Part shown: positions 39,112-47,495 of the stretch, piece after piece
Numbering within the stretch: position 1 is the stretch's first letter
Layout: every line of letters begins with the position of its first letter
IMG/VR virus record: IMGVR_UViG_3300001517_000002
Location: 49,448 to 113,447 of that record
Direction: 5' to 3' (one strand)
From: a virus
Taxonomy: Duplodnaviria > Caudoviricetes
Length of the DNA: 64,000 nt
Notes under the pieces: generated by a model
What the model was told of the DNA's origin: nothing
What the model saw: only the letters and a program-made list of their open reading frames with translations
The model's database searches: none
Made by a program: the position numbers and the translations under genes

Positions 39112-39318
39112 ATGACGGTTAAGGAATTTTTCGCAAATCTGAATCGTATAGTTGCCGATTATAACGTAGGTATGAGGGACATATCAAGCAATACGGAACA
39201 TCATAATAGTGTTAATACGCTTATGGAAAATGAAGATTTATACAACGATTGGAAAAACGCAACGATATGGTCGTGGTGCGTTATAGACAATAAGTTTGTA
39301 TTGACTGTACAGAAATGA
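39112..39318 (+). CDS. hypothetical protein
   Basis: GGAGG RBS. Confidence 0.7.
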   Translation: MTVKEFFANLNRIVADYNVGMRDISSNTEHHNSVNTLMENEDLYNDWKNATIWSWCVIDNKFVLTVQK

Positions 39319-39495
39319 GGAGGAAGATTAAATGAAACTTGATGAACTTATAAAAGGACTTACAGAAATACAGGAACAGTATGGAAATCTTACTGTTGAG
39401 ATTGTGAGAGAGGGAGTTCACCTTCCTGAGATTGAACCATACATTGACGGAAACTTTCTTTACTTAGAAGCCTATGAAGAAGGAGAGGGATTAGT

Positions 39496-39786
39496 ATGAA
39501 AACACTTGAACAGTTGTTTAAAGATAACAGAAATGATTTTGTGGAACTAATGAGAGAGTTTGAAGATAGTTATACACCTAAAACTTCATGGGAAAATATG
39601 ACCGACAACGCACTGGAAGAATTTAAAGGTTACTGTGAAGATGAAGCAAGTGGTTTTTTAAAGAATAGCTATGAGAGTGGTGCTAATAGTTCTGATTATG
39701 TTTTGAATGAATTTGACAGTATGCTTTGGACATATGCTCAGTGCATACAGCAGTTCGATATAATACAGGGAGGTTGCTTTATATGA
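39496..39786 (+). CDS. acidic hypothetical protein
   Basis: RBS, coupled. Confidence 0.7.
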   Translation: MKTLEQLFKDNRNDFVELMREFEDSYTPKTSWENMTDNALEEFKGYCEDEASGFLKNSYESGANSSDYVLNEFDSMLWTYAQCIQQFDIIQGGCFI

Positions 39787-40289
39787 ATATCAAAAACCGT
39801 GAACAGATAATTGAACAGCTTACGGAAATGCTGATACAGTTTGACAAGGACATGAACAAGTATCAGACAGATGTATACCTTTATTACAATAAGGAAACTC
39901 AGACAGCAGAGCTTGATACCTTCGTAAATGTGGGTGGAAATTCTTGGCTTGACGATGACCACTCTACAATCTATACCGACAAGGAACATAATGAAACTGT
40001 GTGGAACTGGTTCAATAATTCTACAGAAATCGCAGATGTATTGGAATATCCCACATATACAGAGTTCGATTATGATGTAAGACAAGCCCTTGAAATTGAA
40101 GCAGATGAGGATATTGCGTGGGAAGATTATATAGTTTACATCAAGTCAAATGATGATTATATGGAAAAGATATACGCAGCCTACAAGGAATACATTGACG
40201 AATTGCGTTCTGAGTATGCAGAAAAAGCAGAAATGATAATGAAGCAGTTTGAAGATGAAATGACAATTAAGGAGGGAACTGCAGTATGA
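39783..40289 (+). CDS. acidic hypothetical protein
   Basis: ATGA overlap with the upstream gene. Confidence 0.75.
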   Translation: MNIKNREQIIEQLTEMLIQFDKDMNKYQTDVYLYYNKETQTAELDTFVNVGGNSWLDDDHSTIYTDKEHNETVWNWFNNSTEIADVLEYPTYTEFDYDVRQALEIEADEDIAWEDYIVYIKSNDDYMEKIYAAYKEYIDELRSEYAEKAEMIMKQFEDEMTIKEGTAV

Positions 40290-40486
40290 AAACAACTTGT
40301 GTTCTTGGAGCTAACAGTAAAGAGGGTCTGGAAAACATGATAAATAATTATTTCTACTCGGAAAATTATATTATCACAGACGATAATAGAGTATACAACC
40401 GTAAGACTATGAAATATCTTGACGGGTATATTGTACAGGAGAGGAAATTAAGATGGAGTTTTAGGAGAATTGAAAAAGAAAATTGA
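40286..40486 (+). CDS. hypothetical protein
   Basis: ATGA overlap; RBS. Confidence 0.7.
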   Translation: MKTTCVLGANSKEGLENMINNYFYSENYIITDDNRVYNRKTMKYLDGYIVQERKLRWSFRRIEKEN

Positions 40487-40573
40487 GCATAGCTAATTGC
40501 CTATAATGGTGACAGCTTATAGGTAAATACATATGCTTAACGAAATCCAAACATAAATAAGGAGGAAATTTAT

Positions 40574-40930
40574 ATGCTAAGATATGATATTATGTATGCT
40601 TGTCTTGGTAATGGAATTACCGTATGTAACAGAGCGCAAACGGAAAATGGTGATTATAAAATTATAGCACACATTTCCAATGGTGGAAATATTGAATATC
40701 GAGTAAACAAGGACAAGCTTCCAGCGTATGCAATTAAAGGCATTGAGAATATGGCTGATGCTGAAAAGAAAAAATTTAGGGAAAATTTTATTAAGCTCCC
40801 CAGACTTAGACAGTATGAAATAATGCTTGACTCACTTCCTTGGTCACGCATACGTCTAAGGTTTAAAGGAGCGTATAACAATGAAGAACTTTGGAAAGAA
40901 CTCTTAAATGAGTATTTTGAAATTGCATAA
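40574..40930 (+). CDS. hypothetical protein
   Basis: CLGNGITVCNR...DYKIIAHI; RBS. Confidence 0.75.
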   Translation: MLRYDIMYACLGNGITVCNRAQTENGDYKIIAHISNGGNIEYRVNKDKLPAYAIKGIENMADAEKKKFRENFIKLPRLRQYEIMLDSLPWSRIRLRFKGAYNNEELWKELLNEYFEIA

Positions 40931-40938
40931 GGAGAAAG

Positions 40939-41205
40939 ATGATGACAGTACAGAAGAACTTGTTAAATAGAAAAACTCCTGCAAGAATTAATTATCCACA
41001 AGTTATCCGTAATGACGGAGCAGTATTTGAAGTATGCGGAAGTGATTATTACGGTTGGGAAATTCTTGTGATTTATGAATGGGGTTCAGACAATGTGTTC
41101 TTGATTGATGGAGAACGCAAAGGGATGCCACCACCAAAGTTTAAGACAAAAATACAGGCGGTCAAATACATGATAGAAAACGCAGACAAATTTACGTTTA
41201 TGTAA
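40939..41205 (+). CDS. hypothetical protein
   Basis: AAGGAG RBS. Confidence 0.7.
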   Translation: MMTVQKNLLNRKTPARINYPQVIRNDGAVFEVCGSDYYGWEILVIYEWGSDNVFLIDGERKGMPPPKFKTKIQAVKYMIENADKFTFM

Positions 41206-41239
41206 TTATAGAAAAAAAATGGATGTGGGAGGAAAAAAT

Positions 41240-41503
41240 ATGAGAAATAAATATCCAGAATGTTGCTATAGTCATGACATATATAATAACTGTACTATTA
41301 TTAAATGGGGAGAGTCGGGTTATTATAGAACTGATTTCCCGTCAGGACAGTATGATGACAGTATTGTAAATGAGCTTAATAAAAATAGTGGCGTTACACC
41401 CCAGATGCGTAGAGCAATGGAAATATGTTCTATGGCTTCGCAGAACAATCCTAATTTAAATTGGGAGAATCATTATGATATGATTATGAGGAGGCTGAAA
41501 TGA
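41240..41503 (+). CDS. hypothetical protein
   Basis: IIKWGESGYY motif; RBS. Confidence 0.7.
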   Translation: MRNKYPECCYSHDIYNNCTIIKWGESGYYRTDFPSGQYDDSIVNELNKNSGVTPQMRRAMEICSMASQNNPNLNWENHYDMIMRRLK

Positions 41504-41823
41504 AAAAGTTAATTAAGGAAATTAATGAATGTACGACCCTCTATCGTGATGATACAACAGGTATTGCTTGGATAGAGGATGGTTCAACTGGAATGGGAAT
41601 ATCAATACACCCTAACATATCCAACACAGGCTCAGTCAGAGGAATGAAAGACAGAGGATATTGGGGAAGAAAAGACCGCACGATTAGAAGTCACGGATGG
41701 ATTTATAACATTGATAGACTTGTAGTCGATAATAATAATCCATTGGAAAAATTATTAGCTAATACAGAATGTAAGTGTCAGGCTTGCATTGAACGTAGGG
41801 AGGACATATATGAAAGAAGATGA
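41500..41823 (+). CDS. hypothetical protein
   Basis: HPNISNTGSVRGMK; ATGA overlap. Confidence 0.75.
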   Translation: MKKLIKEINECTTLYRDDTTGIAWIEDGSTGMGISIHPNISNTGSVRGMKDRGYWGRKDRTIRSHGWIYNIDRLVVDNNNPLEKLLANTECKCQACIERREDIYERR

Positions 41824-41995
41824 CCTTTATTTTAAGAACGGAAAAATGAAGAAAAAATATATGATGTGTGAGAGCAAGGAATATCTCACAGAAATTAAAA
41901 ACGCTAACGGATATAAAAACATAGACGAGATTAATAAATCTTGGGTATGTGCTGGAAATCGTTGTCCTTATTATAGTATGGGCTGCAAGAAATAA
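41810..41995 (+). CDS. hypothetical protein
   Basis: GGAGG RBS. Confidence 0.65.
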   Translation: MKEDDLYFKNGKMKKKYMMCESKEYLTEIKNANGYKNIDEINKSWVCAGNRCPYYSMGCKK

Positions 41996-42006
41996 GGAGG
42001 AAGGTT

Positions 42007-42273
42007 ATGGAAAACAAAGTATTTACAACAGGCAACAGTGGTTATTTGGGTACTGAATATAGGTTGTATATAGACGGAAACAAAATTGAAACAAGGTATG
42101 ACAACAGCGGCGATAATTACAGAAATCTTATGTATGATAATTATGTACACGGCTATACAACTGCACAAGTACGCAAGGCACAAAAGGAATACGATTATTG
42201 GAAGGAACAATTGGAAGAAATGAAAAATGCTCCTATTGTAGAAGATGATGAAGAATTTTTAGGAGAGTTATAA
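42007..42273 (+). CDS. hypothetical protein
   Basis: GGAGG RBS. Confidence 0.7.
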   Translation: MENKVFTTGNSGYLGTEYRLYIDGNKIETRYDNSGDNYRNLMYDNYVHGYTTAQVRKAQKEYDYWKEQLEEMKNAPIVEDDEEFLGEL

Positions 42274-42290
42274 TAAGGAGGAATTTTAAA

Positions 42291-42683
42291 ATGACATTGT
42301 ATGATTTTATCCGCATGGAAGATACAGACTTTGACACATATGACACGGTATTTGATGCCGAGGTCACTGTATGTGTGCCTTATGATGATTCGGAAATAAC
42401 AGAATGGTATGACAAGTTTTATAACTTCATTATCAAACACGTTGAGTTTAAGGAAAAGATTTCAGAAGGTGAGTGTACCGCTGAATGGACAAACTTCATT
42501 ACTGATAATCTGGAAATATTCAGAGAGGCAGCTAATGATATGTGGTACGATGACCGTGTTCCTGACGATGACGATGACCTTATCTATGAATGGATTAAGG
42601 AAATACATAGTTGGCTTGCAGGATATGTAAGTGAAGTTGAATACCAGAAGTTTATGGAAAAGTATGCACCCAAAATTAAGTAA
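42291..42683 (+). CDS. acidic hypothetical protein
   Basis: GGAGG RBS. Confidence 0.75.
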   Translation: MTLYDFIRMEDTDFDTYDTVFDAEVTVCVPYDDSEITEWYDKFYNFIIKHVEFKEKISEGECTAEWTNFITDNLEIFREAANDMWYDDRVPDDDDDLIYEWIKEIHSWLAGYVSEVEYQKFMEKYAPKIK

Positions 42684-42696
42684 AGGAGAGAATGAT

Positions 42697-43203
42697 ATGT
42701 TAAAAAAGAATATAAAAATTATTAAAGGAACATTAAGACCAGAAAAGGAAAAACTTGCAAAGGTTGTTTATCATGGTGGGTTCTATTATGCCTGTGATGA
42801 TTTCAGAATGGTGCGTTTTGAAGAACTTCCCGATGAACTCCCTTTGTTTGAGGACAACGAGCCACGTTTCGATGTGGAATTTGGTGTGCTTAGAGCTGCG
42901 GAACAAACATACAGAGAGTTTGTAGTGCCATATCCGATTGAGGTATTGAAGAAGTGGAGGACTGGTAAAAGGAAAGAACCATATAGACTTGGAATAAGCG
43001 GAAAAACCTCTTATGGTTCTGAGCATTGGTTTGGAATTAATATTAATTTCCTTATTGATGCTATCGAAACAACAGGTTCTTATGTGATTAAAGTCCCTGA
43101 GAGATATACGGCTATGGTAATGGAAGGTAATGGATTCACTTGGATGATTATGCCAATCGATGTTAAGGACGGTAAGGATAAGGGCGAAACTATTATAGTA
43201 TAA
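42697..43203 (+). CDS. hypothetical protein, weak similarity to a beta-clamp fragment
   Basis: ACDDFRM, GININFLIDAI, MIMPI. Confidence 0.5.
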   Translation: MLKKNIKIIKGTLRPEKEKLAKVVYHGGFYYACDDFRMVRFEELPDELPLFEDNEPRFDVEFGVLRAAEQTYREFVVPYPIEVLKKWRTGKRKEPYRLGISGKTSYGSEHWFGININFLIDAIETTGSYVIKVPERYTAMVMEGNGFTWMIMPIDVKDGKDKGETIIV

Positions 43204-43257
43204 ATACAATGTACAAAATGAACATAAGCACTACATACATTTTGTACAATATTTATC

Positions 43258-43286
43258 TTGACAACGTACAAAATGTATGGTAAAAT
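43258..43286 (+). promoter_or_regulatory. sigma-A promoter with three GTACAAAATG boxes
   Basis: TTGACA-17 bp-TAAAAT; boxes at 43211, 43238(-) and 43266. Confidence 0.85.
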
Positions 43287-43306
43287 ATGTATGTAAGGAG
43301 AAGAAT

Positions 43307-43477
43307 ATGATATATATAATTTTTACACAGGGTAATGAAGAAAAGGAAATTGCTTTCTGCAATACATTAGCAGAGGCAAAGAACAAGAAAAGAGAGTTAG
43401 AAAAATCCCCCGAATATTCAAATGGCTTGCTTACAATTGAAGTCAAGACCAATAAGGGTAGTAGAATTTTAGGATAA
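43307..43477 (+). CDS. hypothetical protein
   Basis: AAGGAG RBS. Confidence 0.6.
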   Translation: MIYIIFTQGNEEKEIAFCNTLAEAKNKKRELEKSPEYSNGLLTIEVKTNKGSRILG

Positions 43478-43491
43478 GAAGGGGATATAAT

Positions 43492-43719
43492 ATGAGTAGA
43501 GTTAGAGATTTAACAGGGCAGAAGTTCGGCAGACTTCGTGTTCTTGAGCGAATGGAAAACGCAACAGACGGTCACGCACAGTGGCTTTGTGAGTACAAAT
43601 GTAATAACAGATTAATTGTTACAAGTCAATCGTTAACTTGTCATAAAACAAACAGTTGCGGTTGCTATCGTAATGAAAAAAACAAGGCACGTTTCAGTGG
43701 TCAGGAGGTTGTATTATAA
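43492..43719 (+). CDS. N-terminal module of AP2/HNH-type endonucleases (truncated)
   Basis: DLTGQKFGRLRVL...WLC...SCGC; no nuclease domain follows. Confidence 0.7.
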   Translation: MSRVRDLTGQKFGRLRVLERMENATDGHAQWLCEYKCNNRLIVTSQSLTCHKTNSCGCYRNEKNKARFSGQEVVL

Positions 43720-43883
43720 TCAAAAGGAGGTGAATATCCAATGGGACTGGCGGCAGCAATATCAAACGAAATACAATTAAGAGATAAAGGAGAATATGGA
43801 ATTTTACATCATATGCCATACTTGTATTTACTTTGTCTCGCTTATAAAATGAATTTAACAATATGAAATAGGAGGATTTTTTT

Positions 43884-44429
43884 ATGAAAAAAATAATATC
43901 AATTATAATTTCAGCAGCAAGTATTATTACAATCAGTCCCATGTCTGCAAGGGCAGTCAATGGATTTAGACCTAATGGGAGACTCAAGCTTGACATTAAT
44001 GCGGATGAGTATATCAACGCCGTTGATGCGTCTATTGTCCTTTCTGAATATGCTAAATCCGCAACAGGTGAGGGCGAGTTCACAAGGACAGAAAAATTTG
44101 TAGCTGATTTCAACGATGACGGAAAAATTGATGCAGTTGATGCTTCTGGAATCCTTGCAGTATATGCTCAGAATAGTAGTAGGGATTGCAAGGAATATCC
44201 TATTACAACATTGGAATTTTATAGTATGATAAAAGTTGGTCATGACTGGATTGCTTGTGGTAACTCTTTCCTTTCTTACGAAGAAGCAATGATTGCTCTT
44301 GAATGTGGTAAAGAGAACCTTGAAGAAAAACGTCAGACTTATTCTGAGTGTAACATTCAGATGGTGTCAACAATCATGACAGACTTACCGCAGACAGAAA
44401 TCAAGTATGTATATAGAGAAGTAAAATAA
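43884..44429 (+). CDS. secreted type I dockerin-domain protein
   Basis: Signal peptide ending ARA; duplicated Ca-binding loops DINADEYINAVDAS and DFNDDGKIDAVDAS. Confidence 0.88.
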   Translation: MKKIISIIISAASIITISPMSARAVNGFRPNGRLKLDINADEYINAVDASIVLSEYAKSATGEGEFTRTEKFVADFNDDGKIDAVDASGILAVYAQNSSRDCKEYPITTLEFYSMIKVGHDWIACGNSFLSYEEAMIALECGKENLEEKRQTYSECNIQMVSTIMTDLPQTEIKYVYREVK

Positions 44430-44443
44430 TAGGAGGGCTAATT

Positions 44444-45403
44444 ATGTCAGCCAATCTTAATAACCAGAAGTTATGTAATGTTATTGACATATCAAGGCGA
44501 GAATATGATTTTAATGCTTTCATTCCAAGTTCCCATGACAGTTTGTCAGAACAAGAACTTACAGAAATTGAACGAGTAGAAGCTGCGCAGAGAGCTGGTC
44601 AAGGAGATGACGAGTTACCTGTTGGGATATTTAATGACCTTCTAAAATATTTTTTAGATAACCATGATTATCGAAGTGCATTATGGATAACTTTGCAAGC
44701 TAACACTGGATTAAGATATGTTGACATAAGTAAATTTAGGAAGATAGAACTTATAAATGAGAACAATTTATTCCGTGAGTCGATACTTGATAGCGAACAG
44801 AAAACAGGTAAAAAAAGAATTAACTTTATTAATGATGCTATTAAAATGGCGACATTATTATATTTGTGGGACAACCCAGAAATTAAATTACTCGACTATC
44901 TTATTGTTGCTGATAAGAACGCACCCAACAGAGGCTATAAGAAAGAAACGTACATTGATAGTAGAGGAAATAAAAGGGTAAAAAGAGAGAATGGCAAATA
45001 TGTTTATGTTCTCGATTCCAATGGAAATAAAATTATTGAACCACTTTCAATACAATGCGCAAATGAAATTATAAAAAAGGCTCTTGTTGATGGTCTGGGA
45101 ATAGCAATAAGAAATAGTCAGGGGAAAGATGGTTATTTAAAAATAGCTACTCATTCCCTTAGAAAAACATATGCAGGGGCAGTAGTAGACTATTATACAA
45201 GACAGTTTGACACAAACAAAGAGTATGCTCATGCTGCTGCAATGGAACAGCTACAATATGACTTAAATCATAGTAGTCGAAAAATGACATATCACTATAT
45301 CGGTGATTATGTTGAAACTAAACGCTCAATAAATATGAGCATGAATTTAGGGATAGATGTACTCAAACCAGTTTTTGATGTAGAAAAGGAAAAGAGGAAG
45401 TAA
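44444..45403 (+). CDS. tyrosine recombinase
   Basis: TGLRYVD (R), KTGK, HSLRK (HxxR), LNHSS...TYHY (H, Y): catalytic residues intact. Confidence 0.92.
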   Translation: MSANLNNQKLCNVIDISRREYDFNAFIPSSHDSLSEQELTEIERVEAAQRAGQGDDELPVGIFNDLLKYFLDNHDYRSALWITLQANTGLRYVDISKFRKIELINENNLFRESILDSEQKTGKKRINFINDAIKMATLLYLWDNPEIKLLDYLIVADKNAPNRGYKKETYIDSRGNKRVKRENGKYVYVLDSNGNKIIEPLSIQCANEIIKKALVDGLGIAIRNSQGKDGYLKIATHSLRKTYAGAVVDYYTRQFDTNKEYAHAAAMEQLQYDLNHSSRKMTYHYIGDYVETKRSINMSMNLGIDVLKPVFDVEKEKRK

Positions 45404-45438
45404 CTTGAAGAACAACTCAAATTCCCTTATATTTACAC

Positions 45439-45467
45439 TTGACAAACTGGAACAGATGTTCTATAAT
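45439..45467 (+). promoter_or_regulatory. sigma-A promoter with a LexA (Cheo) box
   Basis: TTGACA-17 bp-TATAAT; GAAC-AGAT-GTTC at 45450-45461. Confidence 0.85.
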
Positions 45468-45511
45468 ATATTTATCCACTCACAGCAATGTAATATAAGG
45501 GGGAATATAAT

Positions 45512-45844
45512 ATGCACATTTTTGCTTTATTAGGTCATATCCTCGATAAGATATGCGAAGATGAAATCATTAATGGAACAGTGGTTATTAGAGATAGGAG
45601 TATCATTAACAATTATATTGTTCCTATTGTAAGCGAAGATATACATATTGATAACAATAGTATAGTGACACTGAAATTTGGCAAAAATCCATATTGTCAC
45701 AGAGGGGAGCTACAAAATATTTTAATTGAGAACGAGGGAAAGCCACCAATAAAAGTGGAAGTTGGCGATACAATTCTTGATATACTAACAGATTTCCGTC
45801 TGGACGAAATATATTTTTCCATTTGTGATGAAATAATCTTTTAA
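45512..45844 (+). CDS. hypothetical protein, probably SOS-inducible
   Basis: 110 aa downstream of the LexA-boxed promoter. Confidence 0.7.
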   Translation: MHIFALLGHILDKICEDEIINGTVVIRDRSIINNYIVPIVSEDIHIDNNSIVTLKFGKNPYCHRGELQNILIENEGKPPIKVEVGDTILDILTDFRLDEIYFSICDEIIF

Positions 45845-45850
45845 TAATCC

Positions 45851-45879
45851 TTGACATTATGTGGGTTTTTTGCTATAAT
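45851..45879 (+). promoter_or_regulatory. sigma-A promoter
   Basis: TTGACA-17 bp-TATAAT, extended -10. Confidence 0.85.
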
Positions 45880-45907
45880 TTAAATAATTATAGAGAGGAG
45901 TGAAATC

Positions 45908-46921
45908 ATGTTATACATGATAGAGGAATACATAAAAGAATATCCCAAAAGACCGCTACAAGCTCTTGAGAAATTTAGAAATTCTCCTTTAAATCTACAT
46001 GAAATGTCATTGAGTGAATTAAACGAAGCAGTTTCAAAATGGAAACCATTGTCAGCAAGAACAGCATATAATCAAAGAAAAGATATTTTAAATTATTTTA
46101 AATGGTTATTGTCCAAAGGGATTAAAGTCGATTTATCTATTGTTGATAAGATTGAAATACCAATTTCCGAGGTAAAGTATTTAATTTTTTCTACACAAGA
46201 TATTATACATTACTATAATTTGCTTTTTTCTGTTTTAACAAATCAGGCTATAAAGAGTGGTAGTCAGTTTAGTGCTAACAGTTATTTGATGAGCTATGCT
46301 GCTGGCATACTTGGATTTCACGGATTGACCGATGAACAAATAATAGAACTTGATTTAACTGACATTACAACAGAAGGTGTTAAAGGATATAATCTTCCTT
46401 TGACCAAAGAAGATATTAACATTTTAATGTCATATAAAGATGTTACCACTTTAGCAAACCATATGCCGCTAATAGGTAGTAAATATATTCGTTCTTCTCG
46501 TGGAATTGACAACATTGATGGAGCATTTTTATCTCGTCCACTTTGGCGATTAAAGCTGCCAGAGGAATATGGCTATTTAAAAAATTTATTAAGAGTGCAA
46601 AATCTTTATCAGCTTGGAGTGTATAATCGAATATATGAGCTTGAGAAAAGCACAGGGGAAATCGTTACATTAGGTGGGATTACGCCCTTGTGGTTTAAAA
46701 AAATTATTGGCAAAGCAGAAATGGCTATTACTATCAACAAAAAAAGATATATACAATACAAACATGACCGTGAAGAAGCACAGTCGGACATCCAGAAAGA
46801 AATAATTACAAGCGAATATATATCAAAGCAAGAATTAGAAAAGAAGTATGATGAGCTTTTGCAACGCCGAAGGGAGCTTGATAAAGAAATTCAAGAATTA
46901 CAAGAAATGGTTAAAAAATAA
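45908..46921 (+). CDS. degenerate recombinase-fold protein, MrpR/YopR-like repressor candidate
   Basis: SAM-like ILNYFKW; box I-like LGFHGLTDEQIIELDLTDI lacking the catalytic Arg; no HxxR. Confidence 0.55.
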   Translation: MLYMIEEYIKEYPKRPLQALEKFRNSPLNLHEMSLSELNEAVSKWKPLSARTAYNQRKDILNYFKWLLSKGIKVDLSIVDKIEIPISEVKYLIFSTQDIIHYYNLLFSVLTNQAIKSGSQFSANSYLMSYAAGILGFHGLTDEQIIELDLTDITTEGVKGYNLPLTKEDINILMSYKDVTTLANHMPLIGSKYIRSSRGIDNIDGAFLSRPLWRLKLPEEYGYLKNLLRVQNLYQLGVYNRIYELEKSTGEIVTLGGITPLWFKKIIGKAEMAITINKKRYIQYKHDREEAQSDIQKEIITSEYISKQELEKKYDELLQRRRELDKEIQELQEMVKK

Positions 46922-46938
46922 AAATATTCATTTTGTAC

Positions 46939-46967
46939 TTGACAAGGTACAAAAAGTATGCTATAAT
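46939..46967 (+). promoter_or_regulatory. sigma-A promoter of the tRNA array with operator boxes
   Basis: TTGACA-17 bp-TATAAT; boxes at 46929(-), 46947 (1 mismatch), 47021 and 47060. Confidence 0.85.
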
Positions 46968-47076
46968 ATATTATAGAAAGAGGGGAGAACACCTCCCCTC
47001 AATAATAAAAATTTTGCAAAGTACAAAATGAATGAGATTTGTTTTTTTAATCAAGCAAAGTACAAAATGAATTTAA

Positions 47077-47151
47077 TAGGGTATAGCAAAGAGGTAATGC
47101 AACGGGCTTTGACCCCGTAATTCGCCAGTTCAAATCTGGCTGCCCTAACCA
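47077..47151 (+). tRNA. tRNA-Gln(TTG)
   Basis: ACGGG-CT TTG AC-CCCGT; CCA. Confidence 0.88.
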
Positions 47152-47304
47152 TCGTTCCAACAGGTTAAAAGGAAGCCAAAAGCAATGAGCCTGACATCAA
47201 GCTTCGGGGCGAGGCATACGTTCTATAGGGGATAATGTGACAGTGCAAACTCCAATATATGCTTAATGACTCACTGTATGACGGCTCGGAAAGACGAGCA
47301 TAAC

Positions 47305-47364
47305 GACTCACTTGATAATAGACCTCCTCGTGGTGTGAGTTGGGTAACGCTAAGATATTATCAA
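47305..47364 (+). ncRNA. minimal HDV-like (theta-type) ribozyme
   Basis: P1 GACTCAC/GTGAGTT, P2 TTGATAATA/TATTATCAA, P3 ACC/GGT, L3 TCCTCGT, GG, GCTAA with the catalytic C. Confidence 0.85.
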
Positions 47365-47415
47365 ATTTCTTTTACTATTCTTTTTCTGATTGCGGTGAGA
47401 AATCACCGCACAAAT

Positions 47416-47490
47416 GGGAGTGTAGCTCAGTGGTAGAGCAATTGCCTTTTAAGCAATAGGTCGAGGGTTCGATGCCCTTCACTCTCACCA
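47416..47490 (+). tRNA. tRNA-Lys(TTT)
   Basis: ATTGC-CT TTT AA-GCAAT; CCA. Confidence 0.93.
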
Positions 47491-47495
47491 ATTAT

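Noticed and set aside
43492-43719. Active homing endonuclease
   Set aside because: Only the N-terminal module is present; no HNH or AP2 domain
44444-45403. Prophage boundary or att site at the recombinase
   Set aside because: Phage genes continue on both sides, and no host genes appear in the window
45424-45501. Invertible promoter flipped by the adjacent recombinase
   Set aside because: The 10-bp arms are short and one overlaps the RBS; RNA-level sequestration is simpler, though inversion is not excluded
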